Positions 1 to 12,966 of a stretch of DNA of 64,000 bases are shown here, one piece after another. The notes under the pieces were generated by a model. It ran no database searches, was not told the origin of the DNA, and saw only the letters and a list, made by a program, of their open reading frames with translations. Position 1 is the first letter of the stretch. Every line of letters starts with the position of its first letter. A program made the translations under genes and the position numbers. Source of the stretch: Felis catus (taxonomy: Eukaryota); assembly GCF_018350175.1 (NCBI RefSeq), contig NC_058368.1, forward strand, positions 86,678,001 to 86,742,000, read 5' to 3'.

Positions 1-838
1 AAGCGAACCATGTATTAAAAGATTCATTCACCATGAGCAAGTGGGATTTATTCTTGGGTTGCAATGGGGGTTCAATATATGCAAATCAATCAGTGTGATA
101 TTAACAAAAGAATGAGCAAGAACTATATAGTCCTTTCAATAGATACAGGAAAAGCATTTGACAGAGTAAAACATACATCCTTAATAAAAAACCCTTAAAA
201 AAGTAAAGATAGAAGGAACATACCTTAACCTAACAAGGGCTATAACCAAAACCCCACAGCTAATATCCTCCTTCATGGGGAAAAACAGAGTTTTCCTCTA
301 TGGTCAAATAAAAGACAGGGATGTTTGCTCTCACCACCACTATTTAACATTATACCAGAAGACCGAGACTCAGTAGTCAGACAACAAAGAGAAATAAAAG
401 TCAGTGAGAATAACAAGGATGAAGTCAAACTTTCATTCTTCTCAGACGACATGATGCTCTATATAGGAAACCTGAAAGACTACACTAAAAAAAATGCTAG
501 AACTGATAAAAAAAATTCAATAAAGTCATAGGATACAAAATAAATGTGCAGAAATCTGTTGCATTTCTCTACACCAATAATGAAGCAATAGAAAGAGAAA
601 TCAAGGATCAATCCCATTTACGATTCAACAAAATCTATAAGACAGCTAGGAATAAATCTAACCAAAGAGGTACAAAATCTGTATTCTGCAAACTATTAAA
701 TATTTACCAATGAAATTAAAGAGGATAAAAAGAAATAAAAAGGCATTCTATGCTAATTGATTGGAAGAACATTGTTAAAATGTTTATACGACCCAAAGCA
801 ATCTTCATTTAATGAAATCCCTATCAAAATATCAACAC
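1..838 (+). mobile_element. LINE-1 ORF2 (RT region) fragment, degraded
   Basis: Translates to LSPPLFNI...KLSFFSDDMMLY, the RT core of L1 ORF2, with stops. Confidence 0.92.
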
Positions 839-894
839 AGAGTGGCAACCTCGAATAGACGCCACGCACGACAAGGATGGATGAAGCAGAGCCA

Positions 895-3537
895 TGAATC
901 AGAAAAATATGCAGCTAAGAATTCTTTATCCAGCAAGGCTGTCATTCAAAATAGAAGGAGAAATAAAAAGTTTCCAAGACAAACAAAAATTAAACGAGTT
1001 TGTGACCACTAAACCAGTCCTGTAAGACATTTTAAAGGGCATTCTCTGAGGGGAGGGGAAAAAAATCAACAAAGAATAGAAATGACAAGAGAACAACACC
1101 AGAAACTCCAACTTTACAGGCAACATAATGGCAATAAATTCATATATTTCAGTACTCACTTTAAACATCAATGGACTAAATGTTCCAATCAAAACATATA
1201 GAGTAACAGAATGGATAAGAAAATAAGATCCCTCTTTATGCTGTTTACAAGAGACCCACTTTAGACTTAAAAGCGTCTTCACATTGAAAGTAAGGTATGC
1301 AGAACCCTCTATCATGCTAATAGTCACCAAAAGAGAGCCAGAGTAGCCATACTTGTATCAGAATATCTAGACTTTAAAATAAAGACTGTAACAAGTGATG
1401 AAGAAGGGCATTATATTATTAAGGGATCTGTTCACCAAGAAGAACTAAAAATTGTAAACATTTATGCTCCAAATGTGGAAGTATCCAACTATATAACTCA
1501 CTTAATCACAAACATAAAGAAACTCCTTGATAATAATACTATAATAGTAAGGAACTTCAAAACCCCACACTTACAGCAAACTTACAGCACACTTCAACAC
1601 TTACAACAATGGATAGATCATCTAAAGAGCAAACCAACAAGGAAAAAATGTCTTCAAATGATACACTGGACCTGTTGGACTTAACAGATATATTCAGAAC
1701 ATTTCATCCCAAAACAACAGAATATACTTTCTTCTCCAGTGCACATGGAACGTTCTCTAGAATAGATCACATACTGGGACACATATTAGCCCTCAAGAAG
1801 TACAAAAATGTCAAGATCATGCTGTGCAAATTTTCAGACCACAACATTCTGAAACTTGAAATCAAGGACAAGAAACAATGTGGAAAGATAACGAATAATT
1901 GGAGACTAAAGAATATCTTACTAAACAATGAATGGGCTAACCGTGAAGTTAAAGAGGAAATTAAACAGTACATGGAAGCTACAGAAAATGGTAACACAAC
2001 AGCCCAAAGGCTCTGAGATGCAGCAAATGTGGTCATAACAGGGAAATATGTAGTAATTCAAGCCTTCCTGAAGAAGAAAGAAAGCTCTCAGATACACAAC
2101 TTAATCCTACACCTGAGAGAGCTGGAAATAATCAGCAAACAAAACCCCAAACCAGGAGAAGACAGGAAATAATAAAGATTAGAGCAGAAATCAATGCTAT
2201 CAAAACAAACAAACAAACAAACAAACAAACAAAAACAGTAGAACAGATCAATGAACCCAGAAGCTGGTTCTTTGAAAGAATTAACAAAATTGATAAACCA
2301 GTAGCCAGTTTGATCAAAAAGAAGAAGGAAAGGACTCAAATAATTAAAATCAAGTATTAAAGAGGAGAGATCACAACCAACACAGCAGCAATACAAACAA
2401 TAATAAGAAAATGTTATGAGCAATTATATACTAATAAAATGGGCACTCTGGGGTAAATGGATGAATTCCTGTAAACATATAGACTATCAAAAATGAAACA
2501 GGAAGAAATAAAAAATGTGAACAGATCCATAACCAGTAAAGAAAACAAGTTAGTAATAAAAAAAATTTCAAAATAACAAGAGTCCAGGGCTGGATGGCTT
2601 TCCAGGGGACATCTACCAAACATTTAAAGAAGGGTTAACACCTATTCTCTTGAAGCTATTCCAAAAAATGGTTTCTGTGAAGCCAGCATTACCTTAGTTC
2701 CAAAAACAGAGACACCACTAAAAAGGAGAACAATAGACCAATTTCCCTGATGAACATGAGTGCAAAAATCCTCAACAAGATACTAGCCAACCTGATCCAA
2801 CAATACCTTAAAAGAATTATTCACCACGACAAACTGGGATGCATGCCTGGGATGCAGGAATCTTTGAATGTCAGCAAGACAATCAATGTGATTCATCACA
2901 TCAATAAAAGAAAGGACAAGAACCACATGATCCTCTCAACAGATGCAGAGAAAGCATTTGACAAAATAAAGCATCTTTTATTGACAAAAACTCTAAAGAA
3001 AGAAGGTAGGTATAGAAGGATCAAACTCAACATCACAAAAGCCATATATGAACGACCCAAAGCTAATATCATTCTCAATGGGGAAACACTGAGAGTTTTC
3101 CCCCTAAGGTCAGGAACAAGACAGGGATGTCCACTCTCGCCACTCTTATTCAACATAATATTGGAAGACAACACAAAGAATCACAATCAGGCAACACAAA
3201 GAAATAAAAGGCATCCAAATCGGCCAGGAGGAGGTGAAACTTTCACCCTTTTTTGATGGCGTGATACTCTATATGGAAAACCCAAAAGATTCCACCAAAA
3301 ACAACTGCTGGAACTGATCCATGAATTCAGCAAAGTTGCAGGATGTAAAATCAATGCACAAAAATCAGTTTCATCCCTATACACCAATAACAAAGCAACA
3401 GAAAGAGAAATCAAGGAATTGATCCCATTTACAATTGCACCAAAAACCTTAAAACACCTAGGAATAAACAAAACCGAAGTGGTGAAAAATCTATGAACTG
3501 AAAAGTATACAAAGCTTGTGAAAGAAATTGCAGAAAC

Positions 3538-3585
<48 letters not shown>

Positions 3586-5265
3586 AAAAAAAACCCAGAA
3601 AACATATTCCATGTTCCTGAATAGGAAGAACAAATATTGTTAAAATGCCAATACTACCTAAAGGAATCTACATATGCAATGCAGTCCCTATCAAAGTAAC
3701 ACCATCATTCATCCCAGAGCTAGAACAAACAATCCTAAAATTTGTATGGAACCAGAAAAGACCCCGAATAGCCAAAGCAATCTCGACAAAGCAAACCAAA
3801 GCTGAGGCATCACAATCCCAGATGTCAAGCTGTATTACAAAGCTGTAGTCATCAAGACAGTATGGTACTGGCAGAAAAACAGACACTCAGATAATGAAAC
3901 AGAAGAGAGAACCCAGAAATTAACCCTCAGATGTATGGCCAACTAATCTTTGACAAGGCAGGAAGGAATATCCAATGCAATTAAGACAGTATCTTCAGCA
4001 AATAATGCTGGGAAAACTAGACAAAGACATACAGAAAAATGAACCTGGGACACTTTCCTTCACCATACACACAGTGAAACTAAACTGGATGAAAAACCTA
4101 AACATTAAGACAGGAAGAGATCAAAATCCCTGAGGAAAAAGCAGGCAAAACCTCTTTGACCTCGACTGCAGCAACTTCTTACTCAAAACATCTCTGGAGG
4201 CAAGGGAAACAAAAGCTAAAGTGAACTATTGGGACCTCATCAAAATAAAAACCTGCACGCCAAAGGAAACAATCAACAAAACTAAAAGGCAACCGACAGA
4301 ATGGGAGAAGATATTTGCAAATGAATATCAAAGAAAGGGTTAGTATCCAAATATCTATAAAGAACTTATCAAACTCAACACTTAAAAAACAAATAATTCA
4401 GTGAAGAAAGGGGCAAAAGACATGAATAGACACTTTTTCAAAGAAGACATGCAGATGGACAACCAACACATGAAAAATTGCTCAACATCACTCATCATCA
4501 GGGAAATACAAATCAAAAGCAGAATGAGATACCACCTGACACCTGTCAGAATGGCTAACATTAACAACTCAGGCAACAACAGATGTTGGTGAAGATGCAG
4601 AGAAAGAGGATCTCTTTTGCATTGTTGGTGTCAGTGCAAGCTGGTGCATCCACCCTGGAAAACAGCACAGAGGTTCCTCAAAAAATTAAAAATAGAACTT
4701 ACCCTATGATCCAGCAGTTGCATTACTAGGTATTTATTCATGGAATACAGGTATGCTGTCTCAAAGGGACATGTGCATCACAATGCTTATAGCAGTAATA
4801 TCAACAATAGCTAAAGTATGGGAGAGCCCAAATATACATAGGTGGATAAATGGATAAAGATGTGGTATATATATCCAATGGAGTATTACTCAGTAATCAA
4901 AAAGTATGATATCTTTCCATTTGCAACTATGTGGATGGAATTAGAGGGTATTAAGCTAAGCAAAATTAGTCAGTCAGAGAAAGACAAATATCATATGAAT
5001 TCACTCATCTGAGGACTTTAAGATACAAAACAGATGAACATAAATGAAGCAACACAAAAATAATATAAAAACAGGGATGGGGACAAACATAAGAGACTTT
5101 TAAATATAGACAACAACCAGAGGTTTGCTGGTGGTTTGAGGGAGGGGGGATGGGCTAAATGGGTAAGGGACATTAAGGAATCTACTCCTGAAATCATTGT
5201 TGCACTATACACTAACTAACTTGGATGTAAATTAAAAAAATAATAATAATTAAATTACTTAAAAA
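895..5265 (+). mobile_element. 5'-truncated LINE-1 (ORF1 C-terminus, disrupted ORF2, 3' UTR, A-rich tail)
   Basis: EN motifs (FFSSAHGTFSRIDHILGH, SDH), RT motifs ([15 protein letters not shown]), carnivore 3' UTR with G-rich tract, and tail from ~5229. Confidence 0.96.
3539..3583. repeat. Poly(A) expansion inside L1 ORF2
   Basis: About 45 consecutive A. Confidence 0.95.
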
Positions 5266-5269
5266 AGAG

Positions 5270-7284
5270 AGGAAGAAAACAAACTGAATGTTATTGGAGA
5301 GAGGTGAGTTGGAGATTGGCTAGATTGGTGATGGGTATTAAGGATGGCAATTGTGATGAGAACTGGGTGTTATATGTAATTGATGAATCACTGTATTCTC
5401 CTGAAACCAATATCGCACTGTATGTTACCTAACTACATTTTAGAAAAAAGAAAAAAAAAAAAAGAAAAAGAAATGGGCAGAAGACTTAAATAGATATTTT
5501 TCCAAAGGAGATTTACAGATGGCCAACAGAAAAATGGAAAGATGCTCAACATCACTCATCATCAGGGGATACAAATCAAAACGTCAATTAAACTCCACCT
5601 TACACTTGTCAGAATGGTAAAATTAACAGCGCAAAAACAACAGGTGTTTCTGAGGGTGAGGGTAAAATGAACACTCTCACACTGCTGATGGGATTACAAA
5701 TTGGTGCAGCCACTCTGGAAAACAAAGGGTTAATACTAGAACTACCCTATACTCCAGCATTCGTGGGACTAAGTATTTACCTAAAAGATACAAAAACAAT
5801 AACTCAGAGGGACACATGCACCCTGATTGCTTATAGAAGCATTACCAACAATACCCAAGTTATGGAAACAGACCAACTGTCCATTGATTGATGAAGGGAT
5901 AAAGATGTGGTATATACCCAGCCATGAAAAAGAATGAAATTTTGCCATTTTCAATGATGTGGATGGAGCTAGAGAAGATTATTCTACGTGAAATAAGCCA
6001 GGCACAAGAAGACAAATACCCTATGATTTCACTCATATGTGGAATTAAAGAAACAAGTGAACATAGTGGGAGAGGGAAAGAATAGAAAACCAAGAAATAG
6101 ACTCTTAACTATATTGAACAAACTCTTACCAGATGGGAGGCAGGTGGAAGATAGGTTACATAGGTGATGGCGATTAAGGAGGGCACTTGTGATGAGCACC
6201 AGGTATTGAATTACTAAGTTCTATACCTGAAACTAATATTACACTCTGTTAACTAACTGGAATTCAGATAAAATTTGAAGGAAAAAAATAAAATATTATG
6301 AAACTGAATCCAATAATATATCAAAAAATCATTCACGATAGTCAATTGGGATTTTTTCCCCTGAGATGCAAGTGTATTTCAATATTCACACATCAATCAA
6401 CACACAACATGATGTCAAAATTTAAGGATAGAAACCATATGATTAGTTCAGTAGATGCAGAAAAAATCATTTAACAAAGTAAAGCATGTATTCATGATGA
6501 AAACTCTCAACAGAAGAGGTTTAGAGGGAACATACATCAGTAGAGTAAAGGTAATGTATGAAAAACTGAGAGGTAGCATCATACTAAAAGGTATGGTGGT
6601 AAGACTCCACTAGAAGACTGCTAGATTGATAAATAAAGTTAGCAAAATCACCAGATATAAAATCAACATACATAAATATGTTGTATTTCTATAAGCTAAT
6701 ATTGTAGTAGTAGAAAGATAACAATCCCATTTACAATTGCAACAAAAATATTGTAATACCTAGGAGTGAAACCTATCCAAGGAGGTGAAATGATTGTATG
6801 TGATAACAATAAAACATTGATGGATAAATTGAAGATGACACAAAGGAATAGTAAGATATTCCATGCTCATGGGTTGGAGGAAGACACATTATTAAAATAT
6901 CTGTACTACTTAATGCAAACTACAGATTTATTGTGTTTCCTATCACAATACAAACAATATTTTCCACAGTCCTAGAACAAATAACCCTGAAACGTGTATG
7001 GATCCACAAAGTATCTTAAATAGCCAAAACAATCTTGAAAAAAAAAATAACAGAATTGGAGATATCACAACCTCAGATTTCAAGATATACTACAAAGCTA
7101 TAGTAATGAAAATAGTATGATTCTGGTACTAAAATAGATACAAAAATCAACAGAACAAAATAGAACCCACAAGTGCACCCAAGATTGTATGGTCCATTAA
7201 TCTTCAATAAAGAGAAGTGAATATCCAATAGAAAAATATAGTATCTTCAAGAAATAGTGTTTAAAGACACTGGACATATGCCAG

Positions 7285-7315
<31 letters not shown>

Positions 7316-8553
7316 CAAAACAAAGAAAACTTGACCACTTCCTTACATCATACTAAAAAGTAAATTCAAGGTGAATTAAATAACTAAATGTGAAACCTGA
7401 AACCATAAAAATTCTAAACAATGGCAAAGGTGGTAATTTCCCTACATCAGTCATAGCAATATCTTTCCTGATTTGTCTCCTGAGTCAAGGGAAAGAAAAA
7501 AGAAAAGTATTGTGATAACAACAACAACGACGAGAACAACTTTAGCACAGAATTTGACACGATCAACAGAAATAAAAACAACCTACTGATTGGGAGGAGA
7601 TATTTGTAAATGATACATCTGATAAAGTGTGAGTATTCAAAATGTATGAAGAACTAATACAAATCAACACCAGAAAGACAAATAATCCAATTAGAAACAG
7701 AACACATGGGCAGAACACATGAATAGCAATTCCTCCAAGGAAGATTTAGAAATGGTCAACTGATACATGAAAAGATGCTCAAGACCCCTCATTATCAGGG
7801 AAATGAAATCAATAGCACAAAGAGTTCACCTTACAGAGGTCAGAATGTCTAACTTGAAAAGCACAAGAATGAACAAGTGTTGGCAAGGATGTGGAGAAAA
7901 AAGAACACTCATGCACTTTTGGTGTGAATGCAAATTGGTGCAGGCACTATGGACAAAAGTATGGAGTGCATTCAAAAAGTTAAAAATAGAATTACCATAT
8001 GATCCGATAGTTCCACTGGGCATTTACCTAAAGAATATGCAAACACAATTTAAAAAGACCTATGTATTCTTATTTCATCATTATTTACAGTAGCTAAGTT
8101 ATGGAAGCAACTTGGGTCCATTGATAGATGGATAGCTAAAGTAGATGTTGTGTAGTCACACAATTCAACCATAAAAATAATAAAATCTTGCCATTTCAAA
8201 AACATGGATGGGTCTATAGTGCATTATGTAAGTAAAATGAGTCAGAGAAAGGCAAATATCATAAGATTTCTCTTCTATATGGAATATAAGAAACTAAACA
8301 AATGCACAAAGACAAAATGGAGACAAAACAAAGAAAAGGAAGCATAAATATATATACCAAATTGAATGTTACCAGGGCAGGTGGGTATGGGAGTGGTGAA
8401 ATATGTGAAGGGGTGTAAGAATACACTTACTGTAATGAAGACTCAGTAATGTATAGATTTGCTGAATCACTATATTTTACACCTGCAACTAATATAACAT
8501 TGTATGTTAACTAATGGAATTAAAATAAAAACTTAAAAAGCAAAAAAATAAAA
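5270..8553 (+). mobile_element. Stack of three older L1 3' fragments (~5270-5470, ~5471-6290, ~6295-8553)
   Basis: Three successive L1 3' ends (cctgaaac..aatat...tgttaactaac + A-rich tail). The second and third are preceded by degraded ORF2. Confidence 0.88.
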
Positions 8554-9007
8554 GTTCAATGGAAGTATGATAGATAAAATAAAATTTCCTCTTTGTGTAT
8601 GTTTTATAATATTTCTGAGCACATACAATTTCTTCAGTATATTTTACTAAATATGTGAATGGAAAATTCCTGTATCCTTACACAAGTCATTCTGAATTAT
8701 AGAACAAAAATTTAGCCTTTGAAACAAATTCACGGATTAGCGCATTTTAACAAGATCAATAGAAATAGGAAAGGTAAATTTACAGGCCAGCATATTCATT
8801 ACACAGACACAAATCTACCAAAGAAATATAAATTAAAAAAACACACATTTGTTAAATTCAAAATGCAATGTTTAGTTTTAGAAAGTCTTTTTATTCACTA
8901 TATTAGCATAAGAAAAACTAAAAGTATTATCATTGTAAAGAACTTAGAATCTACAAAATCCATTTTTAGGGTGAGTAATCATTAGTAAGTTATAAAAAGA
9001 AAATGTA

Positions 9008-9197
9008 GGGGTTCCTGGGTGGTTCAGTGGGTTAAGTACCTGACTTTTGATTTTTGGCTCGGATCACAATCTCGTGGTCATGATATTGAGCTTTGTGTCA
9101 GGGTCTGTGCTGTGCATGGAGTCTGCTCAAGATTCTCCTACTCCCTCTCCCCTTGTCCTTCCCCAGTCACACACTCTCTTTCTCTAAAGAGAATGAA

Positions 9198-9242
<45 letters not shown>

Positions 9243-9261
9243 AGAAAGAAAGAAAGAGAAA
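9008..9261 (+). mobile_element. CAN-SINE with (GAAA)n tail
   Basis: tRNA-derived head (ggggttcctgggtggttcagtgggttaag), CT-rich region and a tail converted to a GAAA microsatellite. Confidence 0.9.
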
Positions 9262-9659
9262 GTTTAGAATCATTTTTTAAGGTGACAAAGCAATCCCTAT
9301 TAGAATAGGAAGTGATCTGATACATAGTAAGAGTAAACATTGTCAAGTGTTCATTTCCCACATAATATTAAAATTAAGCAAAAACGTTCAGATCCAATGT
9401 TACCAGAATCTGGAAAACAGAATTTTACAAAAGAATAAAGAGTGTTGAAACAGACAAACAAAAAATAGTGACTTGGAAACAGTAAGACCATGTTTTCAAC
9501 ATTTTTTATCTGCCTCTCAATAGGTTTGGTAGTGTTATCGCAATAAAATCTTAAAGCAGCAACAGTCTAAATGTAGTGACATGCCATATTCCTATTATGA
9601 AACTTATGTTCCTGGTTATAGAGGGAACAGAGTAGACCTAACACATATTATTGCATTTG

Positions 9660-11218
9660 TGACACTTCTAACCGGTCTTGGGGCCCGCCTGAAAGACAAT
9701 GATGCAAGAAGGATGTTTTATATACATAACTCAGAACACTGACAGAGAGCATGGAGGTTGTTGCTAAAAAAAAATGCTACAATAAGAACTGATAAACCAC
9801 AGATCCCTGAGGAAAAAAAATTGCTAGTCAATGTATACAAAGGTTATCAAAGGCCCATAAGAAAAAGATGAAAGAGATTCAATGGTAATTTAAGACTTTC
9901 AGAAGTAGAGATGCATACAGAAGAATTTAGAAATCCACATGCATACTCACAGTAAGGTAAATTCAGGAAACACTGAAAAAGACTCAAGTCTTTTCCAAAG
10001 GTTGATCCCCAGTGCAATGTTGTCAAAGTGTAGAAGAGTACGCCAAGCATAAAGCCAACATGTAAAAACTGAGTGAGCTGTTTGTATGTTTCTTTTTTTT
10101 TTTCTTTCAGTGTTTGAATCTTTTAGTTCCTGTAAATGAAATAAATCTTTTTCAAGGTACTAGCGTAACACAAACTAAAGTGAACTAAAGGAAAAGTCAC
10201 TAAACATAACAAGGAACTGTATTTCCAAAATGCATTAGGTTGGTACTAAACAAATTTCTAGAGCCTTTAGAAACGTAAAAATAGCTATATTTGCAGAAGA
10301 GTAAACATATAACTTCCAGTTACACATTATAATAGCAAAACGTCTAATATCCACACACACAAATAAATCATGACACACAAACCTTCAAACCAAATCTGTC
10401 CTAGGTTTTGTATCTAAATCAACCTCTTCAGGCTCTAGTCTTTAATTCTCCCATAAATATTTTTAAAGTAGTAGTAACATACTAAAACAATTTTATAAGC
10501 AGTCAAAGTACTCCACCAAAAAACTGAATACTCACCCAGTCAGGAAAAAGTCACATTGAAATGGTAGGAAAGTTTGTAGGGTTTTTATTCATATTTGTCT
10601 CATCACTTCCCTAGTGCTGCTAGGAATAATATAGTGGGGAGGAATGCCAAAAATCCTTAATCTTACCCTATGGCTAGATGGAGCAGAGCATAACTTATTG
10701 GAAACATTATAAACAGTCTGAAGGATGTCTTAGGTACTCTTTTCTGTCTCCACTGAGTCAGAGACCAGACAAGCAAACATGACATAGCTATGATTTCGGT
10801 CTGGCAAAATCTGAAGAAAACAAACGCTGCTACCATGATATGCATGAGATATGCATGGTGCTATGCATTTGAAGATAGTAGGACCAAGAAATTATGGAGA
10901 GAGGAATACAATAAAATATCTGGCACCCAAGAAGATACTGGGGTATGAATCTCTAAACACTATTTTAAAATAACTGTGTATGTAGGGACAATTAGGGGAG
11001 GGGGATGGAAATCACAGTGCCGGGGAGGAAATGTGCTGAGAAGAAAATCTGAGGATATCTTAAACCTATTGCCTCGCCTGATACCAAGGCTCAGAACATA
11101 CGCTTCTTTGACAGTAATTTTTTGAAGAGGAGGCTGTTTTTGTAAATGCCAATTATTTAACAAACCATCAAAAGGCATTTCAAGAAACAGGAAAACAGAT
11201 CATTCAAAGAAACAAATA
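9660..11218 (+). mobile_element. Probable ancient L1M-type 5'/ORF1 fragments
   Basis: Purine-rich degraded sequence. 10306-10380 matches 20545-20617, which runs on into ORF1-like sequence. Confidence 0.45.
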
Positions 11219-11461
11219 GGGGAAATGGAAAATAGCAGCAGTGTAAGAAGACTCTACACTAGACTTGTCCCATTAATACAAGTAGATAACTATTAAATCT
11301 GCCTAATACCCCAGAAATCCCCCTGAACACTGAAATAATGACTCCACAACTGAAAGGGGAGAAGACACCACGCTAAAATGGTAGGGAGTGCAGAGATATG
11401 GTTGAGGGGAGAAAAAAAATCATGGGTGATGCAAAGGGGAGCTGTGTTCACAGAGAAGGAC

Positions 11462-11492
<31 letters not shown>

Positions 11493-12935
11493 GAGTATAC
11501 AGGGGAATACACTAAGAGAAGATTTTCCCAAAGTCATTGGCTTAGAAAATTAGAAGGGTGGAATTTCCTGAGTTCTTGCAAGCAACAATGCTAAAAGCAA
11601 GGAGTTTTAAAAGTCATTGGGCTTGGCTTGTACAGAGCCTGGAAGGCAAAGTCCTGCTCTTGGAGAGAAGGCAGGCAAACAACTGGGAAGCAGGCAGCCT
11701 GGAAACAGCAAATTAAAGAAATGCTGTGACATATGGACCAGGGGGATTATTCACCCTTTTCAGAGTGGGTATCTGAGAGGCAGCATTCACAGAGACAGTT
11801 GTAATGAACATAGGAGCTGACTTGTGCCTTTACCCCGCCCTGGCAATCAGCATGAGCACAGAGCCAACGGTAGGAAGCAACAAAGCACCAATATCGGCTA
11901 CCTAACTGGCTTACCCCAAGTCCCACACCTCTGCACTCTAGCAGGAATACTCCCCCCAGTCAAGCTTGCTATAGTTCCATTATCATGGGTTCCTACCCCA
12001 AAAGACTAGCATAAACCTCTGCCCATACCATGTGTCCAGACCAGAGAGTTCTGCAGTGCCTCATTTCTGGTGGAGTTGTTGTCGGGTCTCATTTCACAAA
12101 CAAATCAGAGCACACCTAGGTAAAACTATGATATTCAGGCCAAAGATGAAACACTGCCCACAACAGGCAAAAAGAGCATCTGAATACAACTGGCCTGAAG
12201 AATAAAGTAGACGAAACACAAGAGCATAGCACACATAGCACACAAAGAAGACACCTCTTGAAGCACCAAGCCCTGGGCATACACAACATCTTTTTCATGA
12301 GCCCATTACATTCAGGAGCAGGAGACATAACTATCTTTTCTAACAAAGAGAAGAAGGTAGAGCCATAGACAAAGTTCAAGGATGTAGGAATTTATCACAA
12401 ATGATTGAACAAGATAAAACCACAGCCAGAGATCTAAGCAGCACAGATGTAAGTAACATGCCTGACAGAGGACTTAAAGCAAAAATCATAAGGGTGCAAA
12501 GTGGACTTGACAGAAGTATAAGAGACATCAATGGACCCTTAACACTGAGACTAAATATTTAAAAAATAAACCAATAAGAGATGAATAAAGCAATAAACAA
12601 CATTAGAAATAAGTTTGATGCAATGAACTCCAGGTTTGAAGAAGCAGAGAAACAAATTAGAGAACTGGAAGACAAAATAATGGAAAATAATGAAGTTGAA
12701 AAGGCAGAGAAGAATTAGGCAGCACAAGAATAGACTCAGTGAACTCACTGACTAAATCAAATTTAGTAACATTCTTATTATAAAAGTTCCAGAAGAAAAG
12801 AGAGAAACAAAGGGAAGAAAATATATTTCAAGAAATAAGAGAAGAAAACTTGCTTAATCTGGGGAAGTAAACAAATATCCAGATTCATGAGGCACAGAGA
12901 ACTCCAGTAAAAATAAAATAAAATAAGTAATAAAA

Positions 12936-12966
<31 letters not shown>

